Shown piece by piece: positions 18,727 to 27,895 of a DNA stretch of 64,000 bases (within the stretch, counting starts at the first letter, position 1; each line of letters begins with the position of its first letter). The notes under the pieces were generated by a model. That model was not told the DNA's origin. It saw only the letters and a list, made by a program, of their open reading frames with translations, and made no database searches. The translations under genes and the position numbers were made by a program. The stretch is from positions 6,913-70,912 of the forward strand of contig JAFGIK010000003.1 in assembly GCA_016929645.1 (NCBI GenBank), given 5' to 3'. The DNA is from Candidatus Dojkabacteria bacterium. GTDB taxonomy: Bacteria > Patescibacteriota > Dojkabacteria > SC72 > JAFGCJ01.

Positions 18727-21700
18727 TTAATATCCTGGGTGAGGGTTATCTCCTGTTAATCTACCAGGATTCTGTTGCCATCCAAGTGTTGGTATTTGAT
18801 TCCAGTCTGTATCAATATATGGGACAGGATTGACATGGGTGGATTGATTGCGATTTTGTCGCAGCTCAAAATGTAGATGATATCCAAGAGCTTGGCAATT
18901 CCAAGCTCCTGTATTACCTGATGTTCCGACAATTTCCCCTTTTCTAATCCTTTCATTTATGCTCCAATTTGTCCCGTTATTTTTTTTGTAATTAGCCAGA
19001 TGGAAATAAACTGTGTTCATTCCGTTGTCATGTTCTATCCTGACAAAATTTCCTCCTGAAAAACACTGGCCATAATAACTATCCCAACCAACAGCTTTGA
19101 TGTATCCATCAGCTGGCGAGATAATTTTCTCGTTTACTGATCCGAAATCTATGCCCATATGCGGACTTTGATATGCCGTATATCCGTGCCATTGAGTTAC
19201 TCCGATTAACCTATTAAATATAAATGTAAAGAATTTTCCTTTATTTGGTGTGATACTTTTGGGAATGGATAAAACATTTGTGCGTCTAGTTGTAGTTTCA
19301 ACTTTTATCCAAATATTTTCTATTGATGCATATCCGATTTGTTTTGTCTCAAAGGCGATCTGTTTTCCTGTTTGGTCTGAGTGAGTCACTAGATTCAGTT
19401 GAAAATATCCTTGTGGATCAATTATTTTGGCAGATTCATATATTGTTCCACTATAGTCTTTTATTTTTGGGTAGAATATAGCCTTTGTTTGTACAATAGT
19501 TTTGGATGTATCATATTGTTCGTCAATACAGGTGAACCATGTTCTTGGATCGAGAAAGCTCTTAGCTTTGCATCTGTAATAATCGACCTGTAGAAGAATT
19601 TGTGGTTGTAGCGCTCCATAAATAGATATTGTGTAATCGCCTTGGGTATTCTTACCCTTGTTTATAACTTCAGAGAGATTAATCTCTGCAGATTTGCATT
19701 GATCCATATGAAATGAGTTGTTATCTTTATGCATTATCGCTGTGCATTTAGGAAGTTTAGGTATTTGAGGGAAGTTCTTAGTGTTATCAAATCCTGACCC
19801 TATGCCAATAGTCTTTTGGGGTGGAGTTTTAATTTCTTTGGTGTCAGCATATGGGCTTTTATTTAAAGCTTTATCTTCAAGATATGTAAACACAGAGTAT
19901 GTAGTATTATCTGCATATTTATGTATTATTTGGATTTTTTCTTGAGGCCTAGCCATTTTTACTGGTGTTAGTTTAATTCCGTTAACGAATATATATGCCA
20001 ATGTATCTATTTCTCCGTCAATATACATGTTTATTGTTCTACTTTGATTGTCGATTTCAAGACTGAATTCTGGTTTTTGAGGGGGTATTGTGTCTACAAC
20101 GAAATTTACGGTGGAATTGGACTTATTTTGTGCAAGATCTTTGCTTACAATTGTAAATTTATTGATTCCTTCATTAGCATAAGCATTTTTTGGTGTTTCA
20201 TTTCCAAGTAAGTACTGGTTTAGCATGTCATTTAGGTAGATTATTTGAGATGAACCCAATTCTACATTTAGACTGATTTGTACAGAATTCGTGTTGTAAT
20301 AATGATTGTTGATAGGGCTATGTATGACAGGTTTAGCCGGAGAAACGTTATCTATATATAATCTTATTGATTCTGATCTTGCTTTATGATCAAATTGATC
20401 TGTAGCCTCTAGATATGCGAAGTAGCTTCCATCTGGAACATCTGGATTAATTGGCCATTCAAAGTTTTCACTCTGACTTGTTATTTTGCCAAATGTTTTT
20501 TCGTGTTTATCGTTTACGATTACGAGTTCAATTTTTTTAAGAGTGGGATCTTCAATCATGACTTCTATTTGAGCAAAGTCGTTTTCTCCTTTGCTTGTTG
20601 TATTGCTGGGTGAAATATTTACTGGAGCAATGTTAAATTTTTTAATTTGTGGAATCCCACTGTCCTGAGTAGATTTTGTTGTCTCAGAGGATTGAGAGAT
20701 GTTGCCAGCGCTATCTCTGGCAAATACTCTGTAATAGTAAGTTTGGCCATCATTCAGGTTCGAGAATGTTGCAGAAGTACTTTTCTCCCATTCTGTTTGC
20801 TGAAAGATTTCAGAGAATTCCTTAGACAGTGATATTTGTGCTTGATAATCAATATTTCTCTGATCTGTGAAGTTATCTTTGGAATTTCTCCAGTTTATTT
20901 GATTACTATTTCCGTTTGTGAATGGAGGTTCAATAATTATTTCTGGTACACTTGGGGAAGTAATATCAACTGTTAAAGAATATATGTTCGATTTGGTTTG
21001 ACCTGTTGTTCCGCCGTGTTCGTCAAATGCAATCACCCTCCAGAAATAATTGTTTTCTTCAATATTATTTATGTAAAAAAAAGGTAATTTTTCAAGGTTA
21101 CTTTGATACATAATATTTTTAAAATCAGTATCAATTGCCAGTTCAAGTTTATACGAGACCTCTTCGTTATCTGGATCTGTTGTTGTCTGAGAACGGAAGA
21201 TCATGTTTGTATTATTAGTATGAATATTATTTTCTGGAGATAATAGATAAAAATTATATGGAGGATTGTTGGGTTTATAAGTGATAGAAATATATGGTTT
21301 TTGGTAAGGTTCGCAGGGATAAGGAGTAGGGGTATTTAAACATGAGATTGACCAGAAAATTGCTGCAGGATTGTATTGATCTGATAGCTTTAGCAAAAGA
21401 CCTTTATCTTCATGATCATACAGAATTGAAGTTTTTACATAATCTGTAATATCAATTGATTTCCAGGTGATTGTTGGCGAGATTATTGTTTGAGATATCA
21501 AGGTTCGTGGAGATGGCTGATTGTTCCAGTTGAGCGTTTGTTCCTGCCAGTCAGTAGATGGAATGTATGCATATAGGATTGTGTCGTTTGTGCCTTCATA
21601 TTCATACATATAAATATTCAATTTAGCGGATATGATATCTTTTGGTAATAGATCGGAAATATCTGAGAAATCGGCCTTGATAAAGGAGTTTGTCAGTTTC

Positions 21701-21894
21701 TTTGTATAATATGTATCGTACCCGACATAAAAGTTCCGATTATTCCAGGGAGAAATCGTTGGAAATCCTTCTTCCACATATGTATCCTGAGAAATCGGGA
21801 TTATGACATCTTCTGCATTGATTCCTTGTGGAAAAATACAGTAAAAAAGGATAGTTATAATTACAGTCAGAAAGAAGATGTTTTTTATTCTCAT
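18727..21894 (-). CDS. Large secreted M23 metallopeptidase with N-terminal DNRLRE-like and Ig/Fn3-like domains
   Basis: Signal peptide, ISQDTYV...SAKL domain, YYYRVFARDSAGN repeats, C-terminal HMGIDF, YFHL and HLHFE. Confidence 0.85.
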   Translation of the reverse strand: MRIKNIFFLTVIITILFYCIFPQGINAEDVIIPISQDTYVEEGFPTISPWNNRNFYVGYDTYYTKKLTNSFIKADFSDISDLLPKDIISAKLNIYMYEYEGTNDTILYAYIPSTDWQEQTLNWNNQPSPRTLISQTIISPTITWKSIDITDYVKTSILYDHEDKGLLLKLSDQYNPAAIFWSISCLNTPTPYPCEPYQKPYISITYKPNNPPYNFYLLSPENNIHTNNTNMIFRSQTTTDPDNEEVSYKLELAIDTDFKNIMYQSNLEKLPFFYINNIEENNYFWRVIAFDEHGGTTGQTKSNIYSLTVDITSPSVPEIIIEPPFTNGNSNQINWRNSKDNFTDQRNIDYQAQISLSKEFSEIFQQTEWEKSTSATFSNLNDGQTYYYRVFARDSAGNISQSSETTKSTQDSGIPQIKKFNIAPVNISPSNTTSKGENDFAQIEVMIEDPTLKKIELVIVNDKHEKTFGKITSQSENFEWPINPDVPDGSYFAYLEATDQFDHKARSESIRLYIDNVSPAKPVIHSPINNHYYNTNSVQISLNVELGSSQIIYLNDMLNQYLLGNETPKNAYANEGINKFTIVSKDLAQNKSNSTVNFVVDTIPPQKPEFSLEIDNQSRTINMYIDGEIDTLAYIFVNGIKLTPVKMARPQEKIQIIHKYADNTTYSVFTYLEDKALNKSPYADTKEIKTPPQKTIGIGSGFDNTKNFPQIPKLPKCTAIMHKDNNSFHMDQCKSAEINLSEVINKGKNTQGDYTISIYGALQPQILLQVDYYRCKAKSFLDPRTWFTCIDEQYDTSKTIVQTKAIFYPKIKDYSGTIYESAKIIDPQGYFQLNLVTHSDQTGKQIAFETKQIGYASIENIWIKVETTTRRTNVLSIPKSITPNKGKFFTFIFNRLIGVTQWHGYTAYQSPHMGIDFGSVNEKIISPADGYIKAVGWDSYYGQCFSGGNFVRIEHDNGMNTVYFHLANYKKNNGTNWSINERIRKGEIVGTSGNTGAWNCQALGYHLHFELRQNRNQSTHVNPVPYIDTDWNQIPTLGWQQNPGRLTGDNPHPGY

Positions 21895-22019
21895 GTTTCT
21901 TATTATATTTTTTGATTATTAAAAAAATATAAACTGCAATATATTTCTATCTGTATGCAAAATTTGATTATAACGAACCTTTATTTTCAAAAGAAAATTA
22001 TTTCGAAACTTGTCAGTCA

Positions 22020-22028
22020 TGATATAAT
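22020..22028 (+). promoter_or_regulatory. Extended -10 promoter (TGnTATAAT) of secA
   Basis: TGATATAAT, a perfect consensus, 8 nt before the ATG. Confidence 0.6.
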
Positions 22029-22036
22029 ACCTTCGT

Positions 22037-25000
22037 ATGTTTAAATTCCTTTCGAATCTTTTTGATTCAAATGAAAAACAATTGAATAAGTATCGTCCAC
22101 TTGTTGAGAAAATCAATGAACTAGATAGTTCTGTCAGTAAATTATCAGACGAGGAACTGTCCCAAAAAACTAAAGAACTAAGAGAAAAACTGGATATTGA
22201 TTTAGAAAAGGCAAGAGATATAAGAGATCCCTTTTTACCAGTTCTTACAAAAGCTGATATAGAAGGTGATACTCAAGATGTAAAAAGGAAATTGGATGAA
22301 GTATTAGTAGAAGCTTATGCGTATGTAAAGGAAGCTGCTAAAAGAAAAACACTACATAAACCTTTTGATGTCCAGGTGCTTGGAGGCATTTTCCTTGCAA
22401 ATGGGTTTGTTACGGAGCTGTTTACTGGAGAGGGAAAAACTCTTGTAGCTACAATGCCATTATTCTTATATGGTCTTTTTGGCAAAAGTGCACATCTTGT
22501 CACTGTTAATGATTATCTTGCAAAAAGAGATGGCGAGTGGTCTGGCCATATTTATAACGCTCTTGGTATGAGCCTTGGTATTATCACGCCTGGTGCTTCG
22601 TATAAGTTTGTTAGTGATGAGGAAATATTAAAGATAAAACCGGAAGAAGCTCAAAAAGGTATAGCAGAACGTAAAAAGATTATTGAAAAAAATGGAAGGC
22701 TTCTTATGAGTTCAATGAATGGTTTGAATCTTGTATCCTGTACTAAAAAAGAGGCTTATGATTGCGATATTGTTTATGGAACAAATAATGAATTCGGTTT
22801 TGATTATCTTCGAGATAATATGTCGAAAAGTCTTGAGCAGAGAGTTCAAAGTCCACTTTTTTACTCAATTGTTGATGAATGTGACTCTATTTTGATTGAT
22901 GAAGCACGAACTCCTTTGATAATCTCTTCGCCAGCAGCTGATACAAATGAACTATACCAAAAGTTTGCTTCAATTGTTAATAACTTAAAAGATGTTGATG
23001 ATTATGTTATTGATGAAAAATCTCATGCAGTAAATCTTACAGAGAAAGGTGTGGATAAGGTTGAAAAACTGCTTGGGATCGAAAATATCTGGGAAAATTA
23101 CGCATATGTTCATCATCTTGATAATGCATTGAAGGCAAAGGAACTTTATAAAAAAGATGATAAATATATTATTAAAGAAGGACAAATTTTAATTGTTGAC
23201 GAATTTACAGGTCGTGTTTTGGAAGGTCGTCGGTATAGCGAAGGTTTACATCAGGCAATAGAAGCAAAAGAAAACGTTCCTATAAAAAAAGAATCAAGGA
23301 CTCTTGCTACTATTACTTTTCAGAATTATTTTCGTTTGTATGACTTTCTTGCGGGTATGACCGGAACGGCATTAACTGAAGCAGAGGAGTTTGCAGATAT
23401 CTATGATCTTGAGGTTATTGTTGTTCCTACCGATAAGCCAGTTATAAGAAAAGATCTACCCGATTTTGTTTTCAGGACTCAGGCAGGCAAGTTTAACGCT
23501 GTTGTTGAAGAAATAAAGGAATTATACGAGTCTGGTCGACCAGTACTTGTTGGTACAACATCTGTTGAAAAATCAGAGTTGTTATCAAGTATGCTTAAAA
23601 AAGATGGTATTCCACACAATGTTCTTAATGCAAAGCAGCATCAAAAAGAAGCAATGATTGTCTCTCAAGCAGGGCAGAAAGGCCAAATCACAATAGCAAC
23701 TAATATGGCTGGTCGAGGAACAGATATCGCTTTAGGTTCCGGAGTAAAAGATCTTGGAGGTTTACATATTATTGGTACTGAACGTCATGAATCTCGAAGA
23801 ATTGATAACCAGCTTCGAGGTAGATCTGGACGTCTTGGAGATCCAGGATCTTCTCGTTTTTATGTGTCATTTCAGGACGATTTGATGAGGTTATTTGGTG
23901 GCGATTCTGTTACGAATTTGTTAGGTAACACTAAAATTGAAGATGATATACCTCTTGAACTTGGAATTGTTGGTCGATCTATTGAGAGTGCTCAGCGAAA
24001 AGTTGAATCCTACAACTTTGATATTCGAAAACATTTGGTTGAGTACGATGACGTGCTTAATCAGCAACGTGAGATTATTTATGACTGGCGTCGAAAAATT
24101 CTTACAATTGTTGCTAAAAATGTTGTTGATAATGAGAGGGAAAAAGATGTTCCTGAATTTGGTAAAAGGGAAATTGATTATGATTTTTCTGTTCTCGATA
24201 GAGAGTTTGCTCAAAATGTATATGATCAATTAATGAATTTTTCATTAAATAATCCTGATACCTGGACAGTTTCATTTGAATCAGAGGATAATGAAGAGGT
24301 TTTAACAAAACCATTGCGTTTATGGATTCTTAAAATCTCGCTCTCACAGGTGGATTTTGTTTTGTCTTCTCAGTTGAAGGATGATGCAAAAATTGATGAC
24401 CTGGAGGAAAGGAATATATTACAGGGATTTCTTGATATTGTCCCTCACGATCTTGCTGATTTTGCAAGCAGAAAAATTGGCTATAAAGGATGGGACGATT
24501 TTTCGGCAAAATTTTACGAGGGAGAAGATATTCAATCAAGGAAAATGGAGCTTGTTCGAGTTATTATCTCAGCATATATATGCCATATTATTAGCCTCAA
24601 AGATGTTGTAATTAGTAATGTAGAAAAACTATTAATCCTTCAAACTATTGATAATCTCTGGGTTGAACATCTCGATTTAATGACTGATCTTCGACAAGGC
24701 ATCACTTTAAGACAATATGCTCACAAAGATCCGCTAGTGGAGTACAAAAATGAGGGTTTTAATATGTTTGATAAAATGCTTAACCAAATTGAAGATAATA
24801 TTGTTAAGAGATTTTACAAAGTCAGACTTGTAAAAAAAACACCTGAGCCTGAGGTTTCTAAGGTGGCCGCACTTCATGAAGCACCTAAACAAAGTCTTAT
24901 TCGAGGAGGTGATAACAGACCTGGTGCTAATGTTTCAAAAATAAAGACTATTAAAAAGTCGGCTAGCGTAGGGCGTAATGACCCGTGTCCTTGTGGAAGT

Positions 25001-25045
25001 GGTAAGAAGTACAAAAAATGTTGTTACCCTCAGTATGGTAAATAG
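22037..25045 (+). CDS. secA: Preprotein translocase ATPase SecA
   Basis: TGEGKT, VTVNDYLA, DECDSILIDEARTPLIIS, ATNMAGRGTDI, QLRGRSGR, C-terminal SEC-C GRNDPCPCGSGKKYKKCC. Confidence 0.98.
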   Translation: MFKFLSNLFDSNEKQLNKYRPLVEKINELDSSVSKLSDEELSQKTKELREKLDIDLEKARDIRDPFLPVLTKADIEGDTQDVKRKLDEVLVEAYAYVKEAAKRKTLHKPFDVQVLGGIFLANGFVTELFTGEGKTLVATMPLFLYGLFGKSAHLVTVNDYLAKRDGEWSGHIYNALGMSLGIITPGASYKFVSDEEILKIKPEEAQKGIAERKKIIEKNGRLLMSSMNGLNLVSCTKKEAYDCDIVYGTNNEFGFDYLRDNMSKSLEQRVQSPLFYSIVDECDSILIDEARTPLIISSPAADTNELYQKFASIVNNLKDVDDYVIDEKSHAVNLTEKGVDKVEKLLGIENIWENYAYVHHLDNALKAKELYKKDDKYIIKEGQILIVDEFTGRVLEGRRYSEGLHQAIEAKENVPIKKESRTLATITFQNYFRLYDFLAGMTGTALTEAEEFADIYDLEVIVVPTDKPVIRKDLPDFVFRTQAGKFNAVVEEIKELYESGRPVLVGTTSVEKSELLSSMLKKDGIPHNVLNAKQHQKEAMIVSQAGQKGQITIATNMAGRGTDIALGSGVKDLGGLHIIGTERHESRRIDNQLRGRSGRLGDPGSSRFYVSFQDDLMRLFGGDSVTNLLGNTKIEDDIPLELGIVGRSIESAQRKVESYNFDIRKHLVEYDDVLNQQREIIYDWRRKILTIVAKNVVDNEREKDVPEFGKREIDYDFSVLDREFAQNVYDQLMNFSLNNPDTWTVSFESEDNEEVLTKPLRLWILKISLSQVDFVLSSQLKDDAKIDDLEERNILQGFLDIVPHDLADFASRKIGYKGWDDFSAKFYEGEDIQSRKMELVRVIISAYICHIISLKDVVISNVEKLLILQTIDNLWVEHLDLMTDLRQGITLRQYAHKDPLVEYKNEGFNMFDKMLNQIEDNIVKRFYKVRLVKKTPEPEVSKVAALHEAPKQSLIRGGDNRPGANVSKIKTIKKSASVGRNDPCPCGSGKKYKKCCYPQYGK

Positions 25046-25201
25046 CGAGATTGGACTGTTTGTTAATTTTAATAAGTTATGTTTTAAATTCTTGCTAACA
25101 TAAACTTGACTCTGAATTTATTATAAACTTCCTAGTTCAAATTTTTCCCTATTTGTGATAATCTAATAAAATATTATTAGGTTAACTTTATTCATCAAAT
25201 A

Positions 25202-25639
25202 TTGATGCCTGGCAAAAAGAAAATATCAAAATCTGCCAAACAGAAAGTGAGAGTTTTGCACATTAAATGTACCAACTGTGGGGAAGAAGATGTAAAAGCA
25301 ATCTATTGTGACCATTGTGAAAGTCCATACCTTGATATTGAGATTGTAGAGAAGAATCTTGATGATGTCGAAAATGATGACTCAATTGTGAAGACTTCTT
25401 GTTCGCATGACATTAAAGCAACTGAGAAAGCTGCTACTGAGCCTGATGCCGAAGCTGATACCGAAAGTGATATTGTAGGGTCACCTGATGAAAATGATGT
25501 GTGGGAGAGTGGTCTTGGTGAAATATTTCCAGGCAGTGAATATGGTGATGACGAGGATGGTACACATGGAGATGACCATTCTGAAGGAGCTGATGATTTG
25601 GATTTGAACGATATGGTTGATATTCTGGATAACGAATGA
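25202..25639 (+). CDS. Zinc-ribbon protein with acidic tail
   Basis: CTNC and CDHC pairs, D/E-rich C-terminal half; TTG start uncertain. Confidence 0.6.
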   Translation: MMPGKKKISKSAKQKVRVLHIKCTNCGEEDVKAIYCDHCESPYLDIEIVEKNLDDVENDDSIVKTSCSHDIKATEKAATEPDAEADTESDIVGSPDENDVWESGLGEIFPGSEYGDDEDGTHGDDHSEGADDLDLNDMVDILDNE

Positions 25640-25829
25640 AGCCAAGGGAGATACATATTTTATACCGGTTTGACAATATATGATATCGAATTTTTTCGAT
25701 TCAGAACTTGTCATATGTGTTGGAGTATTGTTTAAGGTATTTGCTTCAAATTTTTCTCCGTTTTTGTCGAAATTGTAGTAAAATCATAATAACTCAGTAG
25801 AGAGGCTTTTTTAATTTGAGTTAAAATTT

Positions 25830-25903
25830 GGACCCTTAGCTCAGCTGGCTAGAGCACACGATTCACATTCGTGGGGTCACTGGTTCGATTCCAGTAGGGT
25901 CCA
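25830..25903 (+). tRNA. tRNA-Val(CAC), CCA not encoded
   Basis: Acceptor GGACCCT/AGGGTCC, anticodon stem CACGA/TCGTG with loop TT-CAC-AT, T-arm ACTGG-TTCGATT-CCAGT. Confidence 0.96.
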
Positions 25904-26085
25904 ATGAGGTCAAAATCCAAAACACATTTGGATTTTGACCTCATTGGTTTCTTTATGAGCGAACCAAGGTTCGCAACTGGAGGCCCGAGAATCCGAGCTA
26001 GCGAAGGATGATCGGCAGCCGACAGGAGTACTTCGAATACGAGAGATCACATGAATGAGAAGTGATTCCAGTAGGGTCCAATGAG
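25887..26085 (+). mobile_element. Gene-less tRNA-anchored structured element with 22-bp direct repeat
   Basis: gattccagtagggtccaatgag at 25887-25908 and 26064-26085; 21-bp perfect hairpin 25901-25947; internal GA/GNA hairpins. Repeats are seen directly; mobility is inferred. Confidence 0.65.
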
Positions 26086-26257
26086 AAATTTACGGTCAAT
26101 TGATAATGTTAAGTAAACCTTTTGATATAGATTCATTTCGTATTTTTACCTCAAAACATGTCAGTGTTATAAAATATGATTCTCCTTTTTATTAACTTTT
26201 GTGGTATATTGTTGTTTTCGCTATAAATCCTGAAGCTAAACTATAAATTCAAACATA

Positions 26258-26992
26258 TTGCCATTTGTTTATACCTTAATCTCAACAATACTTATCAGTC
26301 TGATTGCCTTTGTCGGATTAATAATCTTGTTTTTCAGTGATGACAAAATAAAGAAGATAGTCGAAGTCTTGCTAGCATTTTCAGCAGGAGCTCTAATAGG
26401 TGGAGCTTTTTTTCACCTTCTTCCGGAATCTGTTGATTCATTAGGTTCTGACATTTCATTTTTTACCGTTCTTGTTTCTTTTGTATTTTTTTTCATAATA
26501 GAGAAAACGTTATTTTGGCATCATTGTCATAATGGAAACTGTAATACTCACTCTTACGGGACAATGAATTTGATTGGGGATAGCTTTCATAATTTTATTG
26601 ATGGTTTGGTAATTGCTGCAGCATATGTTGCCAGTATTCCACTTGGAATAAGTACAACAATTGCGGTAATTATTCATGAAGTACCACAAGAGATCGGTGA
26701 TTTCGGTGCAATTATTCATTCGGGATGGGATAAGAAAAGAGCATTGATTATGAACTTTCTTGTAGCTTTGTTTGTTGTTTTGGGTGGTATTGTTGGCTTG
26801 GTTGCTACTGCTTATATAGATCAGATTGTCAGTTATTTGATGGCGTTTACTGCTGGTGGCTTCATTTATATTTCTTCTTCAGATTTGATTCCTGAGCTGA
26901 AAAAGGGGAGTAGTCTTAAAAAAAGTTTATTTACTGTGCTGGTCTTCGTGTTTGGTATTATGATGATGTATTTGTTGAAATATATTGAATAG
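26258..26992 (+). CDS. ZIP family metal transporter
   Basis: HLLPE, HHCH, DSFHNFIDG, HEVPQEIGDF, SDLIPEL. Confidence 0.93.
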   Translation: MPFVYTLISTILISLIAFVGLIILFFSDDKIKKIVEVLLAFSAGALIGGAFFHLLPESVDSLGSDISFFTVLVSFVFFFIIEKTLFWHHCHNGNCNTHSYGTMNLIGDSFHNFIDGLVIAAAYVASIPLGISTTIAVIIHEVPQEIGDFGAIIHSGWDKKRALIMNFLVALFVVLGGIVGLVATAYIDQIVSYLMAFTAGGFIYISSSDLIPELKKGSSLKKSLFTVLVFVFGIMMMYLLKYIE

Positions 26993-27019
26993 TCTTGAAT
27001 AAGTTGTTTTTTTCTAAAT

Positions 27020-27715
27020 TTATTCAAGTTTTCTTCCGACGATTTCCCAATTACTTAAGTCCATTGAATTTACCTTAATAACTTTCGAAAAGTTATTGAA
27101 AAATTTTGTGACCTTTGAATTCTGACCTGCTATTTTTGACAGAAGATTATTTATTGGGAAAACATGAAATGGAATTTTTCTATTCTCAAGTATTTGAAAT
27201 CCCTGATCTTTTATCGGTTTTAGAAGTTCTTCCTCTTGTCTATATTCGTGCTTGTGTTCTGGATGGAATTTATTCTCCGATATATTTTGTGGAGACGAAA
27301 AAAAGTTACTGGTTCTATATATTGTTGAGAGGTAAAGAATGCCATTAGGACTTAGAATATCGTATATCTGTTTAATTAGTTCTTTATCGTAATCAAGATG
27401 TTCGATAACCTGGTTGCATATGACGATGTCTATGGATTTTGTTTGAACGTAATTGATATTGCAGTAGTCATCGACCAAGAGGTTGCTGCTTTTCAACAAT
27501 GTATCAATAGATACCTTTTCTGAATTTGTATCAAGTAGATATATATCTTTGTTATCTAAATATCCCTTATCTTTTAATTGGTTTAATACTGATCCATGAC
27601 TACTATTGATGTCGGCTATTGTATCGAATTCGGTGGTTCTTAAATACTTTTCTAATAACTCGGGAATTTCTTGGATTTCGTAGCTGTAATGACTTTTGGG
27701 AGTCTTATTTCTCAT
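27020..27715 (-). CDS. Methyltransferase-fold protein with degenerate motif I
   Basis: CNQVIEH and LSPNGILYLST intact; motif I reads IADINSSHG. Confidence 0.7.
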   Translation of the reverse strand: MRNKTPKSHYSYEIQEIPELLEKYLRTTEFDTIADINSSHGSVLNQLKDKGYLDNKDIYLLDTNSEKVSIDTLLKSSNLLVDDYCNINYVQTKSIDIVICNQVIEHLDYDKELIKQIYDILSPNGILYLSTIYRTSNFFSSPQNISENKFHPEHKHEYRQEEELLKPIKDQGFQILENRKIPFHVFPINNLLSKIAGQNSKVTKFFNNFSKVIKVNSMDLSNWEIVGRKLE

Positions 27716-27895
27716 ATCTGGATGTTAATTTTTATTATACATTCAAATTAGCATTAATATAAAAGTTTCGTCAAATAAAAAAGATGCTTTAATTTAAGGT
27801 TTTTCTTATAATTCTCTTTTATTTTATGATTCTGGTCTTGTTTTAAATCTATTTTTTTGTAACTATATCTTACTAACTTGTTTTGTTTTCTTCTT

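Noticed and set aside
22600-22740. Intein or intron in secA
   Set aside because: The insert is short and in frame, with no C/S...HN intein termini or endonuclease motifs.
25303-25714. Short antisense or alternate-frame ORFs here and throughout the track
   Set aside because: They lie within or opposite longer ORFs and show no recognisable motifs.
26064-26085. Second tRNA gene or intact prophage/ICE at tRNA-Val (same for 53760-53784 at tRNA-Lys)
   Set aside because: Only 22-25 bp of the 3' end are repeated, and the enclosed DNA is under 180 bp with no integrase or phage genes.
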